DNA of 64,000 nt from an uncultured Muribaculaceae bacterium (lineage in GTDB: Bacteria > Bacillota_I > Bacilli_A > RF39 > UBA660), in contig CAZBOZ010000003.1 of assembly GCA_964493665.1 (NCBI GenBank), positions 1,646 through 65,645 on the forward strand. Reading direction: 5' to 3'. This document shows, piece after piece, positions 21,550 through 30,241 of the stretch (its first letter is position 1; each line of letters opens with the position of its first letter). The notes beneath the pieces are model-generated. The model was given only the letters and a program-made list of their open reading frames with translations. It was not told the DNA's origin and ran no database searches. The position numbers and the translations under genes are program-made.

Positions 21550-21563
21550 ATTTCCCGGGAAAT
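21550..21563. promoter_or_regulatory. Noc-binding-site-type palindrome ATTTCCCGGGAAAT (within the 24-nt palindrome 21545-21568)
   Basis: Exact NBS consensus. The same extended core AATTATTTCCCGGGAAATAATT occurs at 10554-10575. Confidence 0.6.
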
Positions 21564-21572
21564 AATTTCTAA

Positions 21573-21588
21573 TGTTTCACGTGAAACA
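21573..21588. promoter_or_regulatory. parS site 2 (TGTTTCACGTGAAACA)
   Basis: Perfect 16-bp match to the parS consensus. Confidence 0.8.
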
Positions 21589-21735
21589 TAACAATTAAAA
21601 AACACATAAATATCGCTATTTCACTTTTTAAAAATTAAAGATTAAATGAGCCACAATTAAATAATTGTATTTAACGCAATTGAAAACTAATAAAAATGTT
21701 TTGAGTTTTGTATAGATGACAAATTATTAAAACAA

Positions 21736-21751
21736 TGTTTCACGTGAAACA
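21736..21751. promoter_or_regulatory. parS site 3 (TGTTTCACGTGAAACA)
   Basis: Perfect 16-bp match. The 31-nt block ATTAAAACAATGTTTCACGTGAAACATTGTT (21726-21756) is identical to 21503-21533. Confidence 0.8.
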
Positions 21752-21754
21752 TTG

Positions 21755-21783
21755 TTGCTAAAAAAACATATAAATGATATTAT
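21755..21783 (+). promoter_or_regulatory. candidate sigma-A promoter of the SRP RNA (TTGCTA-17-TATTAT)
   Basis: -35 at 21755-21760 and -10 at 21778-21783. The RNA 5-prime helix begins about 7 nt downstream. The -35 abuts parS-3. Confidence 0.5.
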
Positions 21784-21789
21784 CTTTTT

Positions 21790-21860
21790 GTGCAACAAGC
21801 CCAGTAGCAATTGGTCAGAATCGGAAGATGGCAGCCAAACTATTTAAAGCTTGTGTGCAC
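21790..21860 (+). ncRNA. ffs: small (4.5S-type) signal recognition particle RNA
   Basis: GGUCAG-AAUC-GGAA-GAUG-GCAGCC matches the universally conserved SRP helix 8 (E. coli GGUCAG-GUCC-GGAA-GGAA-GCAGCC), including the GGAA tetraloop. The terminal helix GUGCA.CAAGC / GCUUG..UGCAC closes the molecule and a T7 run follows. The position near tadA and dnaX resembles the B. subtilis scr locus. Ends are approximate. Confidence 0.85.
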
Positions 21861-21878
21861 TTTTTTTAAGGAGAAACA

Positions 21879-22304
21879 ATGAATAATAGATTTTTTAATG
21901 ATGCTTTGAATGAATCTTTTAAAGCCGAAAAAAAACAAAGTGTTCCAGTAGGAGCAGTGTTAGTAAAAAATAATAAAATAATTTCTAGGGCTCATAATAT
22001 AAACTATAAGTCAAATATGGTAATTGATCATGCCGAAATAATATGTATTAAAAAGGCCGTTAAAAAAAGCAATGATTGGCGATTAGATGATTTTGATATG
22101 TATGTTACATTAGAACCATGTGATATGTGCAAAGAGGTGATAAAGGCTTCAAGAATTAAAAATGTTTTTTATCTTTTACCAAAAAATAGTAAAGTTTGCA
22201 AACAGCAAACAAAATTTATTAAAGCTATAAACGTTACTGATGTTGATACTAAGCTGGGAGAAAATAAACTAAAAAGTTTTTTTAAAAAGCTAAGACAGAA
22301 ATAA
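21879..22304 (+). CDS. tadA: tRNA-specific adenosine deaminase
   Basis: CDA zinc motifs HAE (DHAEIICI) and PCxxC (EPCDMC). 141 aa. Confidence 0.85.
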   Translation: MNNRFFNDALNESFKAEKKQSVPVGAVLVKNNKIISRAHNINYKSNMVIDHAEIICIKKAVKKSNDWRLDDFDMYVTLEPCDMCKEVIKASRIKNVFYLLPKNSKVCKQQTKFIKAINVTDVDTKLGENKLKSFFKKLRQK

Positions 22305-22337
22305 AAAATATGCTATAATAAATATGTAGGTGGGAGC

Positions 22338-23939
22338 ATGGAATATAAAGTTTTATACAGAAAATATCGTCCAACAAATTTTGATCAAATAGTTGGGCAA
22401 GATTATATAATAAACATTTTAAAAAAAGCTGTTGTAAATAATAAGCTTTCACATGCCTATCTTTTTTCTGGCCCTAGAGGAACGGGAAAAACTAGTACTG
22501 CTAAAGTTTTTGCTAAAGCTATTAATTGCGAAGACAATAATTTAGGGAATCCCTGTGATAAGTGCCCTTCTTGTGTAGAATTTGATGGAAGTCCCGATAT
22601 TATTGAAATAGATGCCGCTTCTAATAATGGAGTAGATGAAATAAGGGAATTAAGAAATAATGTTAAACTAGTTCCAGCTTTATCAAAATATAAAGTTTAT
22701 ATAATAGATGAAGTTCACATGTTGTCAATTGGTGCTTTTAACGCCCTTTTAAAAACACTAGAAGAGCCTCCTGCACATGTTATTTTTATTTTAGCTACCA
22801 CTGATGCTCAAAAAATTCCTGTAACAGTAATTTCTAGATGTCAAAGATTTGATTTTCATCAGTTAAGTTCTGATGTAATATCAAATTATTTGCTAGATAT
22901 TTGCCAAGCCGAAGGAATAAAGGCTTCAAAAGAGGCAACTGACGAAATAGCTTATTTAAGTGATGGAGCAATGAGAGATGCTCTAGGACTATTAGATCAA
23001 ATATTAAGTGTTGTTAACAAGGAGTTGAAAACAGTTGATGTCGAAAAAATAATAAAAACTGTTTCTAAGCAAAAATTAGAAGAATTGTATTTAGCAATTG
23101 AAAGCAACGACGCCGAAAAAACATCTAAAATTGTTAATGACTTGGCAAACAGCGGTTATGATTTTACATCTTTTGTTAATAAATTGGTAAAATTTTTAAG
23201 AGATAAAGCAATTTTAGTAAAACAAAACAAAAATAACAGTCAAATGCCCTTTACAAAAATTAAAAATTTGATATTTAATTTAAATAAGATATTATATAAT
23301 AGCAAAACAGAAATAAGCCCCTATTTATTGGCTGAAATAGAATTGTTAGACAATATAGATACTAAAGATACTTTAATAGAAAATAATTCTTTTAAAGAAA
23401 TTCCTTCATCCAACTTAATGGTTGAAAACCCGATTGATTCGAGAGAGCCAGTCAAGCTTAAAAAAGCAGAAAAAGGATTAGATAAAGATTTTAAAAGGAT
23501 TAGAATTAATAATTGTTTTGCTAAAGCCAGCAAAGAAAGGCTAAATGCTAGCAAAAAAAATTGGTTAGAATTTATAAATTATTTATCAGAGGAAAATCAT
23601 AAACTATATGGATTTGCTGTTGATAGTGATTTAGTAGCCGCATCTGATAATTATTTATTATTAAAGTGTAATAGTGAAAGTCAAACATCTTTATTTAATA
23701 AGAATGTTGAAAAAATTGAAAAAGAATATTTGAATTTTTTAAAAGAGGAATATTTAATGGCTTTGCTAACAGAAGAAGAGTGGAAAAATTATAAGAATAA
23801 GTATATTGATGATAAGAAAAAAAATATTACTTATGAAATAATTGAAGAAACAAAGCCCAAAACAAAAAATGTGGCTGAAAATAAATTAAGTAAGATTGCT
23901 TATAAAATATTTGACGAAAAAAATATTAAAGTAGAATGA
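22338..23939 (+). CDS. dnaX: DNA polymerase III subunit tau/gamma
   Basis: Begins YRKYRPTNFDQIVGQ. Walker A GPRGTGKTS, a zinc module (CDKCPSC) and an SRC motif (SRCQRFDF). Confidence 0.95.
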   Translation: MEYKVLYRKYRPTNFDQIVGQDYIINILKKAVVNNKLSHAYLFSGPRGTGKTSTAKVFAKAINCEDNNLGNPCDKCPSCVEFDGSPDIIEIDAASNNGVDEIRELRNNVKLVPALSKYKVYIIDEVHMLSIGAFNALLKTLEEPPAHVIFILATTDAQKIPVTVISRCQRFDFHQLSSDVISNYLLDICQAEGIKASKEATDEIAYLSDGAMRDALGLLDQILSVVNKELKTVDVEKIIKTVSKQKLEELYLAIESNDAEKTSKIVNDLANSGYDFTSFVNKLVKFLRDKAILVKQNKNNSQMPFTKIKNLIFNLNKILYNSKTEISPYLLAEIELLDNIDTKDTLIENNSFKEIPSSNLMVENPIDSREPVKLKKAEKGLDKDFKRIRINNCFAKASKERLNASKKNWLEFINYLSEENHKLYGFAVDSDLVAASDNYLLLKCNSESQTSLFNKNVEKIEKEYLNFLKEEYLMALLTEEEWKNYKNKYIDDKKKNITYEIIEETKPKTKNVAENKLSKIAYKIFDEKNIKVE

Positions 23940-23954
23940 ATGGATGGATGAAAA

Positions 23955-24242
23955 ATGAATATGCAAAATTTAATGGCCCAAGCCCAAAAGATGCAAAAAG
24001 AAATCATGGCTAAGAAAGAAGAAATAAACCAAAAAGAATTTTTGGAAAAAAATGAATATGTTGAAATTGCCATTACTGGTGATAAAAAGCTTAAAAGAAT
24101 TAAAATAAATCCAGATACTTCGAGTGACTTAGAAGCTTTAGAAGACATGATTGCTATCGCTTATAACAATGCTATATCAAAGATAGATAAAGAAATGGAA
24201 AAGGCTTTAGGAGCTTATGGCTCATTGAATGGATTGATTTAA
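23955..24242 (+). CDS. ybaB: YbaB/EbfC family nucleoid-associated protein
   Basis: 95 aa, begins MQNLMAQAQKMQKEI. Sits in the conserved dnaX-ybaB-recR order. Confidence 0.9.
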   Translation: MNMQNLMAQAQKMQKEIMAKKEEINQKEFLEKNEYVEIAITGDKKLKRIKINPDTSSDLEALEDMIAIAYNNAISKIDKEMEKALGAYGSLNGLI

Positions 24243-24245
24243 TAT

Positions 24246-24842
24246 ATGTATTATCCTAAGAGTGTAGAAGAGCTAATACAACATTTTAAAAAATTGCCTG
24301 GAGTAGGCGAAAAGAGTGCTGAAAGATATGTGCTTTCTTTATTAAATGAAACTGAAAAAGATTTAGAAGATTTTGGGAAATCCCTAAAAAACTTAAACAA
24401 AAAGATTAAAAAATGTCAGGTGTGTGGTCATATAACAGAACAAGACGTTTGTGAAGTCTGTTCAAATACGAATCGCAACAAAAAATTAATATGCGTTTTA
24501 GAAGACTATAAAAGTGTTTTTGCTTTCGAAAAAGTTGGTAACTATAAAGGTACTTACCATGTTTTAAATGGATTAATATCGCCAATTGATAACATAGCTC
24601 CAGCAGATTTAAACATATCGTCATTATTGAAGAGAATAGATGAACTAGCTGACTGCGAAGTAATTGTTGCTTTGAATTCTACAATTGAAGGAGAAATGAC
24701 GACTTTATATATTAAAAAAATATTAGAAGATAAAAAAGTGACAGTATCTAGGCTATCTTATGGTATATCCATGGGAGCTGAAATAGATTACTTAGATCCA
24801 ATATCTTTAGATAAGGCTTTAGCTGATCGTAAAAACATATAG
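24246..24842 (+). CDS. recR: recombination protein RecR
   Basis: HhH motif (LPGVGEKSAERY), C4 zinc finger (CQVCGHITEQDVCEVC) and a Toprim domain. Confidence 0.95.
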   Translation: MYYPKSVEELIQHFKKLPGVGEKSAERYVLSLLNETEKDLEDFGKSLKNLNKKIKKCQVCGHITEQDVCEVCSNTNRNKKLICVLEDYKSVFAFEKVGNYKGTYHVLNGLISPIDNIAPADLNISSLLKRIDELADCEVIVALNSTIEGEMTTLYIKKILEDKKVTVSRLSYGISMGAEIDYLDPISLDKALADRKNI

Positions 24843-24857
24843 GGTGGTGATTATGGT

Positions 24858-25706
24858 ATGGAAAATTGTTTTGATAAAATTTATAATTCTTTTTTACTTG
24901 ATAAAATGGGCCATGCTTTTTTAATTGAAACAAATGCTATTAATGATGCTTATATGCAAATTCTAAACTTGGCCAAAAAGCTTAACTGTCCTTCAAATTA
25001 TAATACTAGCTGTCAAGAAGATTGTGATATATGTTTTCAAATAGATAATTTTTGTTTACCATCAATAAGGTGCATTGAGCCTATTGGGCAAATAATAAAA
25101 AAAGAACAAATTATTGAAGTAAAAAATAAATTTAATAGTGATTCTTTAGTAACTTATTATAATATCTATATAGTTAAAAATGCTGAAAAATTAAATTCTT
25201 CATCAGCTAATGTTTTGCTGAAATTTTTAGAAGATCCAGATACTAAAACTTTAGCATTTTTTCTTTTAAATGATAAAAAAAATATAATTCCAACTATTAA
25301 AAGTAGATGCCAAATATATAGTTATAATACTTTAGAAGAAAGTAAAATATTGAAGGAAGAAAAAACAGAACTTTTATCTAAAGTAGAGGAAATATTTAAA
25401 AATTTAAAAGCTGATAAAAGTTCTGCTTTTATTAAAAATAAAGATTTATTCATTTCCTTTAATAAAGATAAAAAAGAACAGGAAAAACTGTTGACGTTTA
25501 TTTTTGAAATGCTTGAAAATGAAATTAAACAAAGGCTTATATATAAGATGGAATCAGTAAACAAGTTCTTAAAAGAATACGATTTGAATCATTTGTTGTC
25601 TTTTACTCAAAAAACTAAAGAAACTATTGAAAAACTTCCATATAATGTTAATATGGAATTATTGCTTGATGATTATTTTATAAAAATGGGAGAATTGATA
25701 AAATGA
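24858..25706 (+). CDS. holB: DNA polymerase III delta-prime subunit
   Basis: Clamp-loader AAA+ fold with a degenerate P-loop region (GHAFLIE), a Cys cluster and SRCQ. Followed by ricT, as in B. subtilis holB-yaaT. Confidence 0.75.
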   Translation: MENCFDKIYNSFLLDKMGHAFLIETNAINDAYMQILNLAKKLNCPSNYNTSCQEDCDICFQIDNFCLPSIRCIEPIGQIIKKEQIIEVKNKFNSDSLVTYYNIYIVKNAEKLNSSSANVLLKFLEDPDTKTLAFFLLNDKKNIIPTIKSRCQIYSYNTLEESKILKEEKTELLSKVEEIFKNLKADKSSAFIKNKDLFISFNKDKKEQEKLLTFIFEMLENEIKQRLIYKMESVNKFLKEYDLNHLLSFTQKTKETIEKLPYNVNMELLLDDYFIKMGELIK

Positions 25707-26488
25707 ATATATATGGAGTATCATTTAAAAAGAATGGTAAAATTTACTGTTTTAATGGCCACAACTTAATTCTTGAAAAAGATGCCAAAGTCATTGTTGA
25801 AACCGAAAAAGGATTACAATATGGTAAAGTGGCTGGTTTTATGAATGACAAAAATTTAAAAGATTTAAAAGATATTATAAGAATAGCTGATGAAAAAGAC
25901 GAGGAAGTATATCAAGATAATTTAAAAGATGCTGATAAGGCTTTAAAAAATGCTCGTAGAATAGCCGATGAATTAGGTTTAGAAATGAATCTTTTAGACG
26001 CAAGTTTTACTTTTGATCGAAGACAACTGCTTTTTAACTTTATTTCAGATGGCAGGGTTGATTTTAGAGAGCTTGCTAAAAGATTAGCTGGGATTTATAG
26101 AACTAGGATTGAATTAAGGCAGATAGGGGCTAGAGATAAAGCTAAAGAAATAGGTGGTTATGGTCAGTGTGGAAGACCTCTTTGCTGCGCAAACCATTTG
26201 GGTCACATAGATGCAGTGACTATTAATATGGCAAAGAATCAAAATATTGCTTTAAATCCTAATAAAATAAATGGCGTCTGCGGAAGATTACTTTGCTGTC
26301 TAGAATATGAAGACAACAATTATTCTTGCTGTCAAAAAGGAATGCCTTATGTCGGGCAAAAAACAAGGTATAAAGGTGAAGAAGGAACAGTAATTGGCGT
26401 TGATATATTAAATAGGTCATATAAGATTCAAGTCAGTAAGGAAAAAGTTGAAGTTTTTTTAGACAAGGACTGTAGTTGTAAGGAGTAA
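25703..26488 (+). CDS. ricT: PSP1-domain regulatory protein RicT (YaaT)
   Basis: N-terminus GVSFKKNGKIYCF...VIVETEKGLQYGKV resembles B. subtilis YaaT. C-terminal Cys cluster (CGRPLCC...CGRLLCC). Confidence 0.85.
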   Translation: MNIYGVSFKKNGKIYCFNGHNLILEKDAKVIVETEKGLQYGKVAGFMNDKNLKDLKDIIRIADEKDEEVYQDNLKDADKALKNARRIADELGLEMNLLDASFTFDRRQLLFNFISDGRVDFRELAKRLAGIYRTRIELRQIGARDKAKEIGGYGQCGRPLCCANHLGHIDAVTINMAKNQNIALNPNKINGVCGRLLCCLEYEDNNYSCCQKGMPYVGQKTRYKGEEGTVIGVDILNRSYKIQVSKEKVEVFLDKDCSCKE

Positions 26489-26494
26489 TGTTTT

Positions 26495-27040
26495 ATGAAA
26501 TTAATTGTTGGACTAGGCAATCCTCTTAAAAAGTATAATAGCACAAGACACAATGTTGGTTTTTGGCTTTTAGATAATATATTAGAAAAGGCTGAATGGA
26601 AGGAAAAATTCTCAGCTTTATATTATGAAGCAATAATTAATAATGAAAAAACGCTTTTTATTAAACCTCAAACTTACATGAATTTATCCGGCAATGCTGT
26701 AATAAAATTTGTGAATTATTTTAATATAAATATAAATGATATTCTAGTTATTCAAGATGATATAGATATGAAATTTGGCAAGATAAAAATTAAAAAATCT
26801 AGTTCTTTTGGTGGCCATAATGGAATATTATCAATTATTAATAACCTTAATAGTGATGATTTTTATCGCTTAAAAATTGGCGTAGGAAATGATCACGAAA
26901 TAGATGCTAAAGATTTTGTTTTAGATAATTTTTCTAATAGTGAAAAAAAACTTTTGCAAAAAGATTTAGAAAAGTATAAAGACATTATTGATTTGTTTAT
27001 AAAAGATGATATAGAATCAGCAATGAATAAATATAACTGA
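26495..27040 (+). CDS. pth: peptidyl-tRNA hydrolase
   Basis: Begins MKLIVGLGNPLKKYNSTRHNVGF. Has the GGHNG motif. Confidence 0.93.
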   Translation: MKLIVGLGNPLKKYNSTRHNVGFWLLDNILEKAEWKEKFSALYYEAIINNEKTLFIKPQTYMNLSGNAVIKFVNYFNININDILVIQDDIDMKFGKIKIKKSSSFGGHNGILSIINNLNSDDFYRLKIGVGNDHEIDAKDFVLDNFSNSEKKLLQKDLEKYKDIIDLFIKDDIESAMNKYN

Positions 27041-27049
27041 GGGGATTTT

Positions 27050-30000
27050 ATGGACTTTTTAGTAGATGCTTTTAATTATGAAGATAATATTTCCATAAGT
27101 GGTTTAACTGATGAGTTAAACATTTTTTATGTTTTTGAAAAATTTAAAAAAACTAATAAAAACATTTTGGTTTTAACTAGTAATGTTTATGAAGCCAATA
27201 AAATATATGAAAAATTAACACTATATTTAAAAGAAGTATATTTATTTCCTATGGATGATTTTATCTCTTCTGTGGCATTAGCTATATCTCCAGAGTTCAA
27301 AATAAAAAGGCTAGAAGTTTTAGAAAAAATTAAGACTGGTAAGAATTGTATAATTGTTACTGACTTAATGGGTTACTTAAGATTTTTGCCAAATATTAAA
27401 GAACAAAAAAGCCTAGAGGCTTTATTAAAAGTAGGCCAAAAAATAAGCCGCCAAGGCTTAATAGATCTATTAGAAAAATATGGATATATTAAAGAATCTT
27501 TAGTTACCTCTAGTGGTGAATATGCAGTTAGAGGATTCATAATAGACCTATTTATTATTCAAGATGAGCATCCTATTAGAATAGAACTTTTTGGTGATGA
27601 AATTGAATCTATAAGATACTTTGATGAAAGTACGCAACTCTCTAATAAAGAGCTTAAAAGCATCAACATTAAACCTTTTAAAGAAGTTATATCAGAAACC
27701 CATAGTTCTCTTTTTGATTGGCTTAATGACCCAATAACCATTTTTTATAATTATAATCAAATAAAAAGTGTTAATTTAAAATTAGAGGCCGAAATATTAG
27801 ATTATAATGAAAGAAATTCCTTAAACAAAAAATATATGTTCACTTTTAATGAGATTATTCCTAATAGGATAAATTATTTAAATAATTTTGATGGCTTTTC
27901 TTTAAGAGGAGTAAAAAACATTAATTATAATACTCAGAAAATTGAAAAGTTTAATATGAATTTCAACTTATTAAAAACTTTTATAGCCAAAAAAATAATT
28001 GAGGGCAAAGAAGTCATTATTTGTCTATCTAAAGATAGGCAAATAACTGAAATAAGATCTTTAATCGATGGTGATTCAGATATATCTAAGGCCAGAATTA
28101 TAAAAAAAGAAATTAATGAAGGATTTGTTTTTGATAATTATGTCGTGATATCAGAATATGATATTGATAGCTCATCATCTAGGAAAGTACAATACTTAAA
28201 CACTTATAAATTTGGCAAAAAAATTAAAAATCTAGAAGAAATAAAATTTGGTGATTATGTGGTCCATTCTATATATGGAATTGGTATATATAATGGTGTT
28301 GTTACTTTAGAAAAAAATGGTTTAAAAAAAGATTATATTCAATTAATATATAAAGATAATGATAAAATATATATTCCAGTGGAAAAAGTAAATAGCTTAT
28401 TTAAATATAGTATAAAAGAAGGATCAAAACCTAGATTGAATAAGCTAGGAAGTACAGCGTGGACTAAATTAAAGCATCAAGTAAGAAAAAAGATTAAAGA
28501 TTTAACTCAAGAGTTATTAAAGCTATATGCTGAAAGAAATCAAATAAAAGGGCCGGCTTTTAAAATGGAAGATGAAATGATATCATTTGCTAAAGATTTT
28601 GAATACCAAGAAACTATAGATCAACAAAAAGCTATAGAAGATGTGCTAAAAGATTTATCTAATTCTAAACCAATGGATAGACTACTATGTGGGGATGTTG
28701 GTTTTGGTAAAACTGAAGTGGCTTTTAGGGCAGCCTTTAAAACTATTGAAAATGGCTATCAAGTAGCTTATTTATGTCCAACCACTATTTTATCAAAGCA
28801 GCATTATCAGAACGCTTTAAAGCGTTTTAAAGAATATCCCGTAAACATTGCTTTATTAAACAGATTTACAACTAATAAAGAGAAGAATAAAATAATTGAA
28901 CAATTAGAAAACGGTCAACTAGATTTTATTATAGGAACTCATAGAATTTTAAGCAAAGATATTTTATTCTCAAAATTAGGGTTATTAATAATTGATGAAG
29001 AACAAAGATTTGGGGTAAGTCATAAAGAGAAAATAAAACAGGCTAAAGCCAATATAAATGTTCTTACTTTATCAGCGACTCCAATTCCAAGGACTTTAAA
29101 ATTTGCTTTATCTGGATTAAGAGATTTAAGTATTATTGATACTCCCCCAGTAAATAGATATCCAATTCAAACATATGTTATTGAAGAAAATGAATCTTTA
29201 ATAAAAGATGCTATATATAAAGAAATTTCTAGAAAAGGCCAAGTGTTTATTCTGTACAACAATATTTCTAAAATAGAAGATAAAAAACAGGCTTTAGAAA
29301 AATTAGTCCCCGATGCTAAAATAAGAATTGCTCATGGGCAAATGTCTAAACAAGAACTAGAAGACGTAATGACTAATTTTATAAATGGTGATTTTGATGT
29401 TTTGCTATGTACTACCATTATTGAAACAGGGATAGATATATCAAACGTTAACACTTTAATAATTTATGATTCCAATTTATTTGGCTTATCCCAGCTTTAT
29501 CAGATAAGAGGAAGAGTAGGTCGAGGAGATAAAATTGCTTATGCTTATTTAATGTACAATAATAAAAAAATATTAAATGAGACTGCTACTAAAAGACTCC
29601 AAGCTATAAAAGAATTTACTGAACTTGGAAGTGGCTATAAGATAGCTATGAGGGATTTGGCTATAAGAGGAGCCGGAGATTTATTAGGTGGCGAACAGGC
29701 GGGGTTTATTGATGCTGTAGGAATAGATATGTATTTAAAAATGATTGATGAGGAGGCAACTGGGCAAAAAGAAGATGAAGAAGAAAATCCTAATATAATT
29801 GAAGTAGAAACCCATATAAACGATAATTATGTAGATGATGAAAGTATCAAAATTGAAATTCATCAAAAAATAAATGAAATATGCGATTATAAAAGTCTTT
29901 TAAAAGTTAAAAAAGAATTAGAAGATCGTTTTGGTAAAGTGGATGAAAAATTACTAATTTATATGTATGAAGAATGGTTTGAAAAACTAGCTAAAAAATA

Positions 30001-30223
30001 CGAGCTTAAAAAAACAAATCAAAATAATTTATTCATAGAGTTAGAATTTAGTAAAAAGATGAGTAGTAAAATTAAAGGTGAAAAATTAATAATCATCGCT
30101 AATAATTTAACTAATAATTTTAAATTTTCTTATAAACACGAAAAAATAAAAATCACACTATATTTTAATAAATTAGAAAAACATTTTATTTTTTACCTTG
30201 TTGATTTACTAAATAAATTATAA
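27050..30223 (+). CDS. mfd: transcription-repair coupling factor
   Basis: 1057 aa. CarD/RID region (GDYVVHSIYGIGIY) and SF2 helicase motifs GDVGFGKTEVA and DEEQRFG. pth-mfd synteny. Confidence 0.95.
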   Translation: MDFLVDAFNYEDNISISGLTDELNIFYVFEKFKKTNKNILVLTSNVYEANKIYEKLTLYLKEVYLFPMDDFISSVALAISPEFKIKRLEVLEKIKTGKNCIIVTDLMGYLRFLPNIKEQKSLEALLKVGQKISRQGLIDLLEKYGYIKESLVTSSGEYAVRGFIIDLFIIQDEHPIRIELFGDEIESIRYFDESTQLSNKELKSINIKPFKEVISETHSSLFDWLNDPITIFYNYNQIKSVNLKLEAEILDYNERNSLNKKYMFTFNEIIPNRINYLNNFDGFSLRGVKNINYNTQKIEKFNMNFNLLKTFIAKKIIEGKEVIICLSKDRQITEIRSLIDGDSDISKARIIKKEINEGFVFDNYVVISEYDIDSSSSRKVQYLNTYKFGKKIKNLEEIKFGDYVVHSIYGIGIYNGVVTLEKNGLKKDYIQLIYKDNDKIYIPVEKVNSLFKYSIKEGSKPRLNKLGSTAWTKLKHQVRKKIKDLTQELLKLYAERNQIKGPAFKMEDEMISFAKDFEYQETIDQQKAIEDVLKDLSNSKPMDRLLCGDVGFGKTEVAFRAAFKTIENGYQVAYLCPTTILSKQHYQNALKRFKEYPVNIALLNRFTTNKEKNKIIEQLENGQLDFIIGTHRILSKDILFSKLGLLIIDEEQRFGVSHKEKIKQAKANINVLTLSATPIPRTLKFALSGLRDLSIIDTPPVNRYPIQTYVIEENESLIKDAIYKEISRKGQVFILYNNISKIEDKKQALEKLVPDAKIRIAHGQMSKQELEDVMTNFINGDFDVLLCTTIIETGIDISNVNTLIIYDSNLFGLSQLYQIRGRVGRGDKIAYAYLMYNNKKILNETATKRLQAIKEFTELGSGYKIAMRDLAIRGAGDLLGGEQAGFIDAVGIDMYLKMIDEEATGQKEDEEENPNIIEVETHINDNYVDDESIKIEIHQKINEICDYKSLLKVKKELEDRFGKVDEKLLIYMYEEWFEKLAKKYELKKTNQNNLFIELEFSKKMSSKIKGEKLIIIANNLTNNFKFSYKHEKIKITLYFNKLEKHFIFYLVDLLNKL

Positions 30224-30241
30224 GATTGGAGATGGTTTTAA

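Noticed and set aside
21590-21730. Possible small gene or sRNA in the spacer between parS-2 and parS-3 (tiny ORF MSHN, imperfect palindrome ACAATTAAATAATTGT)
   Set aside because: There is no ORF of meaningful length and no promoter/terminator pair. The palindrome is imperfect and AT-only, so it cannot be distinguished from background.
23545-23556. A8 run inside dnaX (AGC AAA AAA AAT) as a possible programmed -1 frameshift or transcriptional slippage site producing a gamma-like short form
   Set aside because: A-runs of this length are common in this AT-rich genome; another occurs at about 23815 in the same gene. The -1 frame runs about 14 codons before a stop, unlike the E. coli case, and I see no downstream stem-loop or upstream SD-like stimulator. 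There is not enough evidence.
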